From: Syntrophorhabdaceae bacterium
GTDB taxonomy: Bacteria; Desulfobacterota; Syntrophorhabdia; Syntrophorhabdales; Syntrophorhabdaceae
DNA: 64,000 nucleotides
Direction of reading: 5' to 3'
Assembly (NCBI GenBank): GCA_963666485.2
Contig: CAXXUO010000002.1
Span: 448,001-512,000 of the forward strand
Each line of letters opens with the position of its first letter. The stretch's first letter is position 1. The position numbers and the translations under genes are program-made. Of this stretch, positions 9,265-19,957 are shown in pieces. The notes beneath the pieces were generated by a model. The model was not told the origin of the DNA and searched no databases. It saw nothing but the letters and a program-made list of their open reading frames with translations.

Positions 9265-10002
9265 ATGACGGAGAGACCGATGGACCCCAGAGAAAAAATG
9301 ATCTTTGCCCTCGATGTCGATCATTTCGAAGAAGCGCAGCAGCTTGTCATGCAGTTCAAGGACCATGTAGGGATGTTCAAGGTTGGCAAGCAACTGTTCA
9401 CCCAGTGCGGTCCCAAGATAATCGATTATATCAAACTGAAGAATTCAAAGGTTTTTCTCGATCTGAAATACCACGACATACCCAACACCGTGGCAAAGGC
9501 ATCCGTCGAGGCAGCCAGGCTCGGCGTCGATATATTGAACGTTCATGCCTCCGGCGGGTTCGCCATGATGTCTGAAGCGAAACGGGCGCTTGTTGAGACC
9601 GGGAAGAACCCGGACATTCAGCGCCCGAAAATAATAGGGGTCACCGTCCTGACGAGCCTTGACGATAACGAACTGAAGAGGATCGGTTTCGATATCCCCG
9701 TGATCGAACTGACCCGCAAACTGGCACTGCTTGCCAAAGAGGCCGGTCTTGACGGAGTGGTCGCAGGAGGAAGCGAGATCGAGATGATCCGGGAGATCTG
9801 CGGGAAAGACTTTATCATTATTACTCCGGGCGTCCGGCTCGAAGACAAAAAGGACGATCAGAAGCGGACGATCACACCGTACGAAGCCATAAGAAAGGGG
9901 GCCACGTACATCGTTATCGGACGGGCGGTGCGCGACGCGGACGATCCGAAAGCGCTCCTGAAAAAAGTGACCGGTGATATACGGAATGCCCTTTCTCTTT
10001 AA
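9265..10002 (+). CDS. pyrF: Orotidine-5'-phosphate decarboxylase
   Basis: ALDV, FKVG, FLDLKYHDIPNTV, VTVLTS, TPGVR, DDQKR. Confidence 0.96.
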   Translation: MTERPMDPREKMIFALDVDHFEEAQQLVMQFKDHVGMFKVGKQLFTQCGPKIIDYIKLKNSKVFLDLKYHDIPNTVAKASVEAARLGVDILNVHASGGFAMMSEAKRALVETGKNPDIQRPKIIGVTVLTSLDDNELKRIGFDIPVIELTRKLALLAKEAGLDGVVAGGSEIEMIREICGKDFIIITPGVRLEDKKDDQKRTITPYEAIRKGATYIVIGRAVRDADDPKALLKKVTGDIRNALSL

Positions 10003-10705
10003 TCACAACGCGATCAGAGACGTCATAGCAACCCACCCCCAAAAGGCACGAAGGCTCCTTATCAGGCAGGGACACGAAAAGAACTCCCAGGACCTTATCG
10101 ATGAGGCCCGCAGACAGGGGGTTCAATTCCGCATAGTGCCCGGGGACGCCTTTACCAAGAAATGCGGCACGTCCCGGTCCCACATGTGCCTGGAATGTGA
10201 CGATTTCCAATACGCGGACCAGGACGGTCTCCTGAAAAGGCTCCATTCGATGGATTCCCCGTTCATAAGTGCGTTTGACGGGGTGAAGGACCCTCAAAAC
10301 CTCGGCAATATCGTCAGGACATCCGTATGCCTTGGGGTCGACGCCATCGTTATCCCCAAGGACCGTTCGTGCACGGTGAACGAGACGGTCACCAATGTTT
10401 CACGGGGCGCCGTTGAATTTGCCAAGGTAGTCAGGGTGACCAACCTTGCCCGTTACCTCGATTCTTTGAAAAAGATCGGGATATTCTGCTATGGACTCGA
10501 CGAACACGCCCGCACCGTACTCTGGGAGATCGATCTCAAAGGGCCGGTCTGCCTCGTCATGGGCGGTGAGGAAGGCTTGCGTCGCCTCACGAGGGAAACA
10601 TGCGATGATGTTGTCAGGATACCCACAAATCCCTCCTTTTCATCCCTCAATGTTGCCACGGCATACGCCATTGCAGCCTACGAAGTGATGAAGCGCAGAA
10701 AGTGA
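9986..10705 (+). CDS. rlmB: 23S rRNA (Gm2251) methyltransferase, TrmH/SpoU family
   Basis: DGVKDPQNLGNIVRT, VMGGEEGL, IP...SLNVATA SPOUT motifs. Confidence 0.88.
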   Translation: MPFLFNHNAIRDVIATHPQKARRLLIRQGHEKNSQDLIDEARRQGVQFRIVPGDAFTKKCGTSRSHMCLECDDFQYADQDGLLKRLHSMDSPFISAFDGVKDPQNLGNIVRTSVCLGVDAIVIPKDRSCTVNETVTNVSRGAVEFAKVVRVTNLARYLDSLKKIGIFCYGLDEHARTVLWEIDLKGPVCLVMGGEEGLRRLTRETCDDVVRIPTNPSFSSLNVATAYAIAAYEVMKRRK

Positions 10706-10747
10706 CGGCCGGGTATAAATCCGGCCCCGCGTTCTTATATTATCCTT

Positions 10748-12088
10748 ATGCATTATAAGAATATTTTCCATGACAGGGAAATAAGGCGGTTCATTTCGGA
10801 AAGCTGGTCGGTCAGCGCACCGATGACCCTGATCATGATCTTTGAATTCTTTATCGGCATAACGGACATTTACATTGCGGGAAAGATCAGCAAAGAGGTT
10901 CAGGCCACATACGGCTTCGTTATTCAGCTCTATTTCATCTTCATCATAATAGCCAACGCACTGACGACCGGTACAGTGTCGGTGATATCACGGCTTTTCA
11001 GCTCCGGGGACGCGAAAGAACTTGGGAGGGCGACCTTTTCGATACTCATGGTCGCGGCATGCGCGGGGCTCTTGTTCGGCATATCAGGGATCATATTCAC
11101 GCCGCACCTGATAAAAATAGTGAGGATACCCGAGGAGCTCAAACCCGTCGGTATCCCGCTTGCGCAGATATATGCGACAGGATTGATATTTCATTATCTC
11201 CTGATAAATACGAACGGCATCCTGCGTTCCTGTAAAAAGATCCGGTCATCGCTCGGGACGATGGCCATCGTCTGCGTCGCGAACATAGCGCTTAATTTCG
11301 CCATTGTCTTCCACACGTCGATAGGGTACAAAGGTATCGCGCTGTCTACCGCCTTGAGTTCGGTCCTCGGCTGCCTCATCAACCTTTATCATGTCCGCCC
11401 GTTCGTGCAGCGAATGTACGCAAAATTTTCAGCATTTCACGTAAAAAATATCATGCACATCAGCTGGCCCTTCGGTTTGAGCCAGGCACTCTGGCAATTA
11501 CATTCAATGGTGCTGTACCTTATCCTGAGTTCCCTGCCGCAAAAAAGCATCGAGGTCCTGGCTGCTTTCTCAGCAGGAATGCGGATAGAATCGGCAGCAT
11601 TCCTGCCGGCCATAGCATTTCACATGGCCAATGCGGTGATAACCGGCAACCTGATCGGGGAAAAAAGAGACCATGATGCCTTCAGGGCCGGCATCATTAC
11701 CGCCCTGATGGGACTTGGCATTGTCATTGCGATCGCTGTGATCGTCGTTATCGCCGCCCCGTTCATCGCGGGGGTGCTTTCCAAGAATCCGGTTGTGGTG
11801 CGGGAAACCATGACGTATCTCTACATCAATATGGTCGGGGAACCGTTCATGGCCATCTGGATCATTCTGGCGGGCGCCCTGAGCGGTGCCGGGGATACGA
11901 GGAGCATCATGTTCATACTGGTCCTGTGCACGTGGCTCATACGGATCCCGCTGTGCTACATCCTGGTGGTCATCCTCAAATTCGATGCATTTGCGGTGTG
12001 GTGGGCAATGGACCTTTCGCAGTTCGCGGCTTCTATATTAATGGTCAGGAAATATGTAAGCAGAAATTGGCTTCCCGGCGGCGCTTAA
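10748..12088 (+). CDS. MATE family efflux transporter
   Basis: About 12 TM segments, two MATE repeats, GAGDT motif. Confidence 0.88.
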   Translation: MHYKNIFHDREIRRFISESWSVSAPMTLIMIFEFFIGITDIYIAGKISKEVQATYGFVIQLYFIFIIIANALTTGTVSVISRLFSSGDAKELGRATFSILMVAACAGLLFGISGIIFTPHLIKIVRIPEELKPVGIPLAQIYATGLIFHYLLINTNGILRSCKKIRSSLGTMAIVCVANIALNFAIVFHTSIGYKGIALSTALSSVLGCLINLYHVRPFVQRMYAKFSAFHVKNIMHISWPFGLSQALWQLHSMVLYLILSSLPQKSIEVLAAFSAGMRIESAAFLPAIAFHMANAVITGNLIGEKRDHDAFRAGIITALMGLGIVIAIAVIVVIAAPFIAGVLSKNPVVVRETMTYLYINMVGEPFMAIWIILAGALSGAGDTRSIMFILVLCTWLIRIPLCYILVVILKFDAFAVWWAMDLSQFAASILMVRKYVSRNWLPGGA

Positions 12089-12099
12089 GACGATACCGG

Positions 12100-12672
12100 T
12101 TAGAAATTCGTCTTGAACCTGAAACGCCATCCGTCATCCCGTGATTCGGTGTTCCTGTTGTCCTTGTTCTCGACGACCACCCCTCTTCCGAGGAGCATCT
12201 CGCTCGATTCGGACACTTTTACACCGACACCATAATCGGCCCTGGTCTCCCTCACGGGCGCGGGGGCAACCCCCTTCCTGCTTTCCACGTTCTCCAGGCG
12301 TTCAACGGCGAGATGGGGACCGGAACCTGCCGGCGCGGATTCTTTAACAGGTTTTTCCATTTCGTCGACAACTTCCAACACGTACACGGTGCCTTTATCC
12401 TTGGTCGTCACCGGCTTCATGCGGACCTGGCTGGCTTTGTCGGGTTTCGCATCGCGCGTCACCACGCGATAGCCTGTACCGTCATATTCGAGAAAACCAT
12501 GGGGATTTTTGACGACTGTCTTTGACGTGCCGGAAGGTCCTTTGTCGGGCACGGTCTCTACGGTTATGCTTTTGTTCGCTTCCGGTTCGGCGGCCGTCGA
12601 CGGGCCGGGTCCGAAGAATAACGCAACGGTAAAAACGAAAAGATAGAAGAGGACCTTTTTCCAAGTGTCCAT
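12100..12672 (-). CDS. Exported hypothetical protein
   Basis: Signal peptide MDTWKKVLFYLFVFTVALFF; C-terminal amphipathic strand WRFRFKTNF. Confidence 0.65.
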   Translation of the reverse strand: MDTWKKVLFYLFVFTVALFFGPGPSTAAEPEANKSITVETVPDKGPSGTSKTVVKNPHGFLEYDGTGYRVVTRDAKPDKASQVRMKPVTTKDKGTVYVLEVVDEMEKPVKESAPAGSGPHLAVERLENVESRKGVAPAPVRETRADYGVGVKVSESSEMLLGRGVVVENKDNRNTESRDDGWRFRFKTNF

Positions 12673-12730
12673 GCTATGAGTATAATGACAAGTTGAAAAA
12701 AATGCCAACTTTTTGTATGCTTAACCTTCC

Positions 12731-14188
12731 ATGATAGACATAGTTTTTTACAGTACGAACAATCCGGGTGAACGTGTCGATTTCCAGACGGCGCTCCTTG
12801 CCGGAATGGCCTCGCGGTACGGCCTCTACATGATCGATCGCAAGGACATCCCGGTTATGTCCCGGGATGAGATAGATGCCCTCAAGGGAAAGCCCTACGC
12901 CGGGATCGCCTATGCGGTCCTCGAGCCTTTCCTCGGAGGCGAGATCCCGCCCGTCACGCTGAAGGGTATCCTGGATGATGCTTACGATGCCGAAAAGATA
13001 CCGACCCTCGTGCAGCATGTGACGGGAAAAACATATATAATGTGGCTCACCCGGGGGCCGACATATTCCTTCAAGGATTATGCGGCACGATTTTTCGGCA
13101 GGGTCCTGAATTATTTCCTGGGAGAAAGGGGATTGCGCAGGGTCGTGATCGTCGCCACAAGCGGCGATACCGGGGGGGCCGTGGCTGACGCCCTTCTCGG
13201 CCTCGATAATATCGATAATATCGTCTTCTATCCGAAGGGTTCCATCAGTGAAGGTCAAAGACGTCAAATGACAACGCTGGGGAAAAATGTCCACGCCTTC
13301 GAGGTGAACGGCGATTTTGACGTATGCCAGGCGCTCGCGAAGAACATCCTTGGCGACAGGGAATTCGCGATAAAGCTTTTTAACGATCCCGAACGGTTCA
13401 CGTCGGCAAATTCCATCAGTGTCGGCAGACTGCTTCCCCAGGCCGTTTATCCTTTCTACGCATATTCGCAGATCGAAACAGACGGCCAACCGTTCATAGC
13501 GAGCATTCCATCGGGAAATTTCGGAAACATGATGGGTACCGTCATAGCACGCCAGATGGGCCTTCCCGTCGAAAAGATCATATGCGGGGTCAACGAGAAC
13601 AGGGAGTTCCCCGAATTTCTCTCGTGCGGGACATACACGGTACGGCCTTCCATAAAGTCGCCTTCGTCCGCGATGATCGTTTCCCATCCGAGCAATCTTG
13701 CGCGCCTGATAGATTTCTACGGGGGCCATATTTTCGATGAACGGGACGACACCACCGGAAATGTCGTCAGACCGGGCGTGATCGACCGCATGCCCGACAT
13801 CGATGCGATGCGGCAGGACATCTGTTCACTCGGAATATCCAACGAAAAGCATTTCGCAACGATGAAGGCAGTGTACGATCGGTACGGCATCATTCTCGAT
13901 CCCCACGGGGCCGTAGGCTGGGCAACCCTGGAACAATACCTCGAAGGGAAACATGACAGGCCGGCCGTCGTTTACGAAACGGCAGACCCGGGGAAGTTCC
14001 CGGATGACGTCAACACTGCCATACATATCACCCCGGAATTACCCCCCGGCATGAAGAAGCAGGCCGGTCTCCCGGAGAGGATATACAGCATACAGGCACC
14101 ACCCGGGCATACAGCGGGAGGGCTTACCCTGTCCGCGGACCAGATAAGGGAAGCCAGGGAGAAGATCCAGGAGATATATTCCCGGTAG
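12731..14188 (+). CDS. thrC: Threonine synthase
   Basis: GPTYSFKD (PLP lysine), ATSGDTG, SANSIS, PSGNFGN, DPHGA, TADPGKF. Confidence 0.95.
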   Translation: MIDIVFYSTNNPGERVDFQTALLAGMASRYGLYMIDRKDIPVMSRDEIDALKGKPYAGIAYAVLEPFLGGEIPPVTLKGILDDAYDAEKIPTLVQHVTGKTYIMWLTRGPTYSFKDYAARFFGRVLNYFLGERGLRRVVIVATSGDTGGAVADALLGLDNIDNIVFYPKGSISEGQRRQMTTLGKNVHAFEVNGDFDVCQALAKNILGDREFAIKLFNDPERFTSANSISVGRLLPQAVYPFYAYSQIETDGQPFIASIPSGNFGNMMGTVIARQMGLPVEKIICGVNENREFPEFLSCGTYTVRPSIKSPSSAMIVSHPSNLARLIDFYGGHIFDERDDTTGNVVRPGVIDRMPDIDAMRQDICSLGISNEKHFATMKAVYDRYGIILDPHGAVGWATLEQYLEGKHDRPAVVYETADPGKFPDDVNTAIHITPELPPGMKKQAGLPERIYSIQAPPGHTAGGLTLSADQIREAREKIQEIYSR

Positions 14189-14249
14189 GTCCCGGAGCGG
14201 AAGGTCTCAGTTGAACACAGGTTTTTTTACCCTGACAGACAACCGGAAA

Positions 14250-14645
14250 GTGCGACCCTATGCGGCGCTGATATTCGTGCTGTTGTATATGGCGACAGCG
14301 GGGTGCTTCTTTCCCGGGGCGATCGAGGACCTGGACGTGAAGCAGGTGGAATCGATCCTGAAGAGTGAAAAAAAAACCGTCATTATCGATAACCGGACCG
14401 AGATAGAATTTTCTTCCGGTCACATTCCCGGCTCTTTTAACATCCCCCTGCAGAATATCCCCGTCATAACGTCATTTTTGCCTTCCGACAAGGGCACGCC
14501 CTTGATATTTTACTGCGGGGGCTATAGCTGATCCCCGAGCCTCAAGGCCGCGGTCGCGGCAAAACAGGCAGGCTACACCAACGTGAGAACATTCCTCGCC
14601 GGGTACCCGGCCTGGATCAAAAAGGGTAATCCCATCGAGAAGTAA
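14250..14645 (+). CDS. Rhodanese-domain lipoprotein with in-frame UGA at 14529-14531 (predicted Sec)
   Basis: Lipobox TAG-C, IIDNR, GHIPGS, FYCGGYS-UGA-SPSLKAAVAAKQAGYTNVRTFLAGYPAWIKKGNPIEK-TAA completes the rhodanese fold; start uncertain (TTG 14211 or GTG 14250). Confidence 0.88.
14539..14569 (+). promoter_or_regulatory. Bacterial SECIS-like hairpin in the rhodanese gene
   Basis: GCCGC(14547-14551)-GGTC-GCGGC(14556-14560), lower GCCT/AGGC stem; loop starts 20 nt after the UGA. Confidence 0.75.
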
Positions 14646-14706
14646 AAGCCCCGAAACGCTCGGTCTTTAACGTGGAACGTGGAACGTGGAACCTTTGTTG
14701 CTCCGG

Positions 14707-14758
14707 TTGACACATTGACATTCCTGTCCTAGAATAAATGAAAATAATTTTCATTTAT
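14707..14758 (+). promoter_or_regulatory. Sigma70 promoter with overlapping Zur/Fur-family operator
   Basis: TTGACA(14707)-17 bp-TAGAAT(14730); palindrome ATAAATGAAAAT-A-ATTTTCATTTAT at 14734-14758. Confidence 0.85.
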
Positions 14759-15197
14759 GAACATGGACAATCACACCCGGATACTTAAGCAACTCGACCT
14801 CAAGGCAACGCCGAAAAGGCTTGCCATACTCGATATTCTCTCCGGTGAACAGATCTATCTGAGCCCCGAAGAGGTATGGATGAGACTTAAAAAGCGTTTC
14901 TCGGCTATCGGCCTTCCCACCGTTTACCGGAATCTCGAAGAAATGGCCAATGGCGGGATCATATTCAAGGTTATCCATCCCGACCGCAAGCTTTATTATT
15001 TTTACTGCAGCAACAGCGCGCATCACCACCATTTTGTCTGCACGGCGTGCAGGAAGGTTGATGATCTCTCGAGCTGCGGATTCGAGGAAATAGAGAAAGA
15101 GGTATCGGAGTGCCTGAACGGGACTGTTTCGTCGCACATCATGCAGGTGTTCGGAACATGCAGCCAGTGTTCTCCTGGAAAGAAGGCGGTCCAATGA
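14757..15197 (+). CDS. zur: Fur-family regulator, probably Zur
   Basis: TPKRLAIL, TVYRNL, HHHHFVCTAC, CSQC; heads the znuACB operon. Confidence 0.85.
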   Translation: MNMDNHTRILKQLDLKATPKRLAILDILSGEQIYLSPEEVWMRLKKRFSAIGLPTVYRNLEEMANGGIIFKVIHPDRKLYYFYCSNSAHHHHFVCTACRKVDDLSSCGFEEIEKEVSECLNGTVSSHIMQVFGTCSQCSPGKKAVQ

Positions 15198-16141
15198 GGT
15201 ACGTCCGGTATTCTTGTATGGTTTTCCTGATCATGCTCATCCTCATCGGCCTCTTTTCGTGCGGGCAGGAACGGCCCCCGGGGGGGAAAGGGATTATCGT
15301 TGTTACAACTCTCTTCCCGATCTATGATTTTACCCGGTCAATCGCTGATAAGAAAGTGGACGTCATCCTCCTGCTCCCGCCCGGGGTCGAAGCACACGCA
15401 TTCGAGCCAAAACCGGCGGATATCATCAAGGTCGACAGGGCCGATCTCTTTATTTATACCGGGAAATATATGGAACCATGGGCGCAGGATATTCTGAAAT
15501 CGACGACCAGCAAGAAGCTTTCCGTGGTTGACGCAAGTACCGGTATCAAGCTTGCAGCGCTTGGACCGGATTACCACGATGAAGGACCCGGGGACGGACA
15601 TGGCCACACGTCATACGATCCCCACATCTGGCTGGATTTCGGGAATGCGGCGAAAATGGTGGATACGATCAGGGACGGGCTGTGCCAGGCCGATCCGGCC
15701 AATTGTGCTCTTTACCGGACAAATGCCGGGAATTACAAAGAAAAGCTTTCCGACCTCGACAAAAGGTACAGCTACTCACTTGCGCGTTGCAAGAAACGGA
15801 CGTTGATCCATGGCGGCCATTTCGCCTTTGGTTACCTTGCCCGGCGATATGGTCTCGAGTATGTCAGCGCGTACGAAGGCTCCCCCAATTCCGAGCCGAC
15901 CGCGCGAAAGATGATCACCCTCCAGAAAATGATCAAGGAAAAGGATATCCATTACATCTTCTATGAGGAGCTTCTCAACCCGAAGGTGTCAGAGGTCATA
16001 GCCAGGGAAACCGGGGCCAAACTCCTCAAACTCAACGGGGCGCACAACATTACCCGGGATGAATTCAACAAAGGGGTCACCTTCCTCTCTCTCATGGACG
16101 ATAACCTCGCGAACCTCACAATAGGTCTTGAATGCAGATAA
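15194..16141 (+). CDS. znuA: Zinc ABC transporter substrate-binding lipoprotein
   Basis: Lipobox LFSC, HAFEP, His-rich loop, DPHIWLD, HFAFGY. Confidence 0.9.
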   Translation: MRYVRYSCMVFLIMLILIGLFSCGQERPPGGKGIIVVTTLFPIYDFTRSIADKKVDVILLLPPGVEAHAFEPKPADIIKVDRADLFIYTGKYMEPWAQDILKSTTSKKLSVVDASTGIKLAALGPDYHDEGPGDGHGHTSYDPHIWLDFGNAAKMVDTIRDGLCQADPANCALYRTNAGNYKEKLSDLDKRYSYSLARCKKRTLIHGGHFAFGYLARRYGLEYVSAYEGSPNSEPTARKMITLQKMIKEKDIHYIFYEELLNPKVSEVIARETGAKLLKLNGAHNITRDEFNKGVTFLSLMDDNLANLTIGLECR

Positions 16142-16929
16142 AGGATGCGGTAACGACCAAAGGGTTATGTTTCGGCTTTAACGGGATAGAGATCCTGAAA
16201 GACATCACTTTTACCCTGGAACGGGGTGCATTTCTCGGGATCGTGGGCCCGAACGGTTCCGGCAAGACAACCCTGATCAAGCTCCTGCTTGGCCTCATAC
16301 CGCCCACGCGGGGAAGCGTCGCCTTGTTTGGCCAGGATATAGGGGCTTTTCATGCCTGGTCGAAGATCGGGTACCTGCCGCAAAAAATAACGGGTTTCAA
16401 CCCCCATTTCCCTGCTACGGTCGCAGAGGTCGTGGCCCTGGGGCTGCTCGCCGGCAAGTCCTTCCCGCGCAGGAAAGCGCGGGCTGATCAAAGATCGGTA
16501 GAAGACGTTCTGGAACTCATGGACATAAAAACCATCAGGAACAAGCTCATCGGGGAACTCTCCGGCGGCCAGCAGCAGCGGGTCCTGATCGCAAAGGCGC
16601 TCGTCGCGTCCCCCGAATTGCTCATCCTGGACGAACCAACGACGGCCCTCGATCCCGAAAGCCGGGAGAGGTTCTTTGCAACCCTGAAGGATGTTAACGG
16701 GCGCAAAGACACGACCATCATTATGATAACCCATGACGTCGGGACGATAGGCCGGCATGCATCGCTGATGCTGTATCTCGACAAAACCGTTGTTTTTTAC
16801 GGCGGGTTCGACGATTTCTGCATGTCCCCTGAAATGACCGATTATTTTGGAGAACATTCCCAACACCTTATCTGCCACAGGCACGAGGATGTAATAACAC
16901 GTATTAAGGACCTTCACGATGCTCCCTGA
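16132..16929 (+). CDS. znuC: Zinc ABC transporter ATPase
   Basis: GPNGSGKTT, LSGGQQQR, LILDEPT. Confidence 0.9.
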   Translation: MQIKDAVTTKGLCFGFNGIEILKDITFTLERGAFLGIVGPNGSGKTTLIKLLLGLIPPTRGSVALFGQDIGAFHAWSKIGYLPQKITGFNPHFPATVAEVVALGLLAGKSFPRRKARADQRSVEDVLELMDIKTIRNKLIGELSGGQQQRVLIAKALVASPELLILDEPTTALDPESRERFFATLKDVNGRKDTTIIMITHDVGTIGRHASLMLYLDKTVVFYGGFDDFCMSPEMTDYFGEHSQHLICHRHEDVITRIKDLHDAP

Positions 16930-17032
16930 TATACCGCACAAAAAATATGCATATCAGGCTGCTTCGTAGGACATTGTGTGCACAAGATGAAAGAAGAAAT
17001 GACACTGAATAACACGAGGAAGGGGAAGAACC

Positions 17033-17863
17033 GTGGAGATGCTTGAGTTCTTCCAGCACGGTTTCATCCAGCGGGCACTTCTGGCCGGATGCTTTATAGC
17101 GGCTTTGTGCTCAACCCTCGGGACTTTCTTGGTGCTTCGCAGACTGTCGCTGATCGGGGACGGCCTCGCACATGTCACGTTCGGCGGGGTCGCGGCCGGC
17201 CTGCTGTTTCAAACCTACCCGTTCTATGTCGCAATCCCTGTCGTCATGGCGAGCGCGCTCGGCATCCTGAAGCTGATCGACAAGGCCCGGCTTTACGGCG
17301 ATGCGGCGATCGGCATCATCTCTTCGCTCGGCATAGCCGGCGGCGTGCTGATAGCAAGCATGGCCGGCGGCTTCAACGTGGACCTTTTCAGCTACCTGTT
17401 CGGCAATATCCTCGCAATAAGCACGGCCGAGGTGTGGACTTCGATCATCCTCTGTCTCTGCCTTATTGTGGCGATCACCCTCTTCTACCATGAACTGGTC
17501 GCCATCTCCTTTGACGAAGAATCCGCACGCGCATCGGGTATCAGAACGGCGCACATCAACAGGGTCCTGGTCCTGCTGACCGCCCTGACCGTGGTCCTTG
17601 CGATGAAAGTTGTCGGCATAATGCTCGTGTCCTCCCTGCTCATACTGCCATCCGTCACGGCGCTGCAATTCTCCCGGGGATTCAGGGCGACTATCGTGAT
17701 CTCGTGCCTGACGGGGATAATGTCAGTGATATCAGGCATTATCATATCCTTTATGCTCGATATCCCTTCCGGGGCCACGATAGTCCTCCTCAATTTCCTA
17801 GTCTTCATTGTCTCGTTCGCTTCGGTCCGTATCTTCCGGAAAAAACCTGTCCAAATGGCATGA
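17033..17863 (+). CDS. znuB: Zinc ABC transporter permease
   Basis: GDGLAH, YLFGNIL, SFDEESAR, VVGIMLV. Confidence 0.9.
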   Translation: MEMLEFFQHGFIQRALLAGCFIAALCSTLGTFLVLRRLSLIGDGLAHVTFGGVAAGLLFQTYPFYVAIPVVMASALGILKLIDKARLYGDAAIGIISSLGIAGGVLIASMAGGFNVDLFSYLFGNILAISTAEVWTSIILCLCLIVAITLFYHELVAISFDEESARASGIRTAHINRVLVLLTALTVVLAMKVVGIMLVSSLLILPSVTALQFSRGFRATIVISCLTGIMSVISGIIISFMLDIPSGATIVLLNFLVFIVSFASVRIFRKKPVQMA

Positions 17864-17951
17864 CAGGACGTGATACCGGGGCTTCAATTCCGGTCGCTTA
17901 CAATCTCAACTTTTCGCCGGAAAATCTTGAAAAAAAAGATGCTTCCCGCCG

Positions 17952-17980
17952 TTGACAACGTAAAACTGCATCCTTATATT
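17952..17980 (+). promoter_or_regulatory. Sigma70-type promoter for dnaK
   Basis: TTGACA-17 bp-TATATT, RBS AGGAGG downstream. Confidence 0.65.
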
Positions 17981-18014
17981 ACGCTAGACGCGAAAAAATC
18001 AGGAGGACACCAAA

Positions 18015-19940
18015 ATGGCGAGAAAAGTGATAGGAATAGACCTGGGCACCACAAATTCAGTGGTTGCCGTTATGGAGGGAGGCGAACCCAAGGTCATTAT
18101 AAATGAAGAGGGCAGCCGGCTTACGCCGAGTGTCGTGGCATTCACAAAGGAAGGCGAAGTACTGGTTGGCCAGACAGCCAAACGACAGGCGATAACAAAC
18201 CCTGAGAACACGATATTTTCAATCAAACGGTTCGTCGGAAGACGTTTCAGTGAAGTGCAGGAAGAGATTAAGACAGTGCCATACAAAGTAGTCGGGGACC
18301 AGGAAGGCAATGTCCGCGTAGATGTCCGGGGCAAACAGTACACCCCCCAGGAAATTTCAGCATTCGTACTCCAGAAATTGAGAAAGTCCGCGGAGGCATA
18401 CCTCGGCCAGCAGATCGATGATGCTGTCATTACCGTTCCAGCATACTTCAATGACTCGCAGAGACAGGCAACGAAGGATGCGGGCAGGATCGCGGGCCTG
18501 AACGTGCTCAGGATCATCAACGAGCCGACAGCATCGGCCCTTGCGTACGGGCTCGACAAGAAGAAGGATGAAACCATAGCCGTATACGATTTCGGCGGCG
18601 GGACATTCGATATTTCTATTCTCGAGGTCGGCGACAATGTCGTCGAGGTCAAATCGACGAACGGCGACACCCACCTTGGTGGTGATGACATAGACCAGAG
18701 GGTAATAGACTGGATCGTTTCCGAGTTCCGCAAGGACCAGGGGATCGATCTTTCCAAGGACAGGATGGCGCTGCAGAGGCTCAAAGAAGCGGCTGAGCGT
18801 GCAAAGATCGAGCTCTCGACAACGATCGAGACAGAGATCAACCTGCCCTTTATAACGGCGGATGCCTCGGGCCCGAAACACCTCAACCTGAAGTTAAGAA
18901 GGGCCGAGCTCGAACAGCTGGCAGACGATCTCTTTCAGAGGAGCGTTGAACCATGCAGGCGTGCCCTCAATGACGCCAAGATCCCGACAAACAAGATCGA
19001 CGAAGTGGTCCTCGTCGGCGGGTCCACAAGGATCCCGAAGGTCCAGGACATCGTGAAGGAGTTCTTTGGCAAGGAACCACATCGCGGCGTGAACCCGGAC
19101 GAGGTCGTTGCACTTGGTGCGGCCGTCCAGGCAGGTGTCCTTGCGGGCGAGGTGAAGGACGTCCTTCTTCTCGACGTCACCCCTCTTTCACTTGGCATCG
19201 AGACCTTAGGCGGCGTGCTGACCCGGATCATCGAACGGAATACAACGATCCCGACGAAGAAGAGCCAGGTTTTCACAACGGCGGAAGACTCACAGACCAG
19301 CGTCGAGATCCACGTGCTCCAGGGAGAGCGGGAAATGGCGCGGGACAACCGGACCTTAGGGCGGTTCCACCTTATCGGCCTGCCCCCGGCACCGCGCGGC
19401 ATACCGCAGATCGAGGTCACGTTCGACATCGACGCCAACGGGATACTTCACGTATCCGCGAAGGACACGGCAACCGGCAAGGAGCAGAGCATCCGTATAA
19501 CCGCCTCCACGGGCCTGTCCGAAGAGGACATCCAGAAAATGGTGCGCGATTCCGATGCCCACGCCGAGGAAGACCGGAAGAGAAAACAGGAGGTCGAGCA
19601 GCGCAACCAGCTCGACAACATAATTTATACAACCGAGAAAACGCTCAACGAGAACAAGGACAAACTGTCCGCTGAAGATATACGGACGGTCGAAGATCTT
19701 CTGAGCCCCGCAAAAGACGCGCTGAAGAGCGGCGATGCCGACCGGATCAAGAGGGCGGCCGACGATCTGACGAAAGCGTCACATCACCTTGCGGAAACCC
19801 TCTACAAGAAAACGTCCCAGGCTTCACAGGGAGCCCCCGGGCAGGACGGCGGACAACAGTACCAGCAGGCGCAGCAGCCCGGCGGCGGCAAGCGTGATGA
19901 TGACGTCGTTGACGCGGAATTCGAGGATGTGAAGAGATAG
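18015..19940 (+). CDS. dnaK: Chaperone DnaK
   Basis: [26 protein letters not shown]-terminal VVDAEFED. Confidence 0.98.
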   Translation: MARKVIGIDLGTTNSVVAVMEGGEPKVIINEEGSRLTPSVVAFTKEGEVLVGQTAKRQAITNPENTIFSIKRFVGRRFSEVQEEIKTVPYKVVGDQEGNVRVDVRGKQYTPQEISAFVLQKLRKSAEAYLGQQIDDAVITVPAYFNDSQRQATKDAGRIAGLNVLRIINEPTASALAYGLDKKKDETIAVYDFGGGTFDISILEVGDNVVEVKSTNGDTHLGGDDIDQRVIDWIVSEFRKDQGIDLSKDRMALQRLKEAAERAKIELSTTIETEINLPFITADASGPKHLNLKLRRAELEQLADDLFQRSVEPCRRALNDAKIPTNKIDEVVLVGGSTRIPKVQDIVKEFFGKEPHRGVNPDEVVALGAAVQAGVLAGEVKDVLLLDVTPLSLGIETLGGVLTRIIERNTTIPTKKSQVFTTAEDSQTSVEIHVLQGEREMARDNRTLGRFHLIGLPPAPRGIPQIEVTFDIDANGILHVSAKDTATGKEQSIRITASTGLSEEDIQKMVRDSDAHAEEDRKRKQEVEQRNQLDNIIYTTEKTLNENKDKLSAEDIRTVEDLLSPAKDALKSGDADRIKRAADDLTKASHHLAETLYKKTSQASQGAPGQDGGQQYQQAQQPGGGKRDDDVVDAEFEDVKR

Positions 19941-19957
19941 ACCAGGGGGAATTATTA

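Noticed and set aside
17880..18014. CIRCE or sigma32 heat-shock element before dnaK
   Set aside because: No TTAGCACTC-N9-GAGTGCTAA; CTTGAAA at about 17926 has only a poor -10 match, while a good sigma70 promoter is present.
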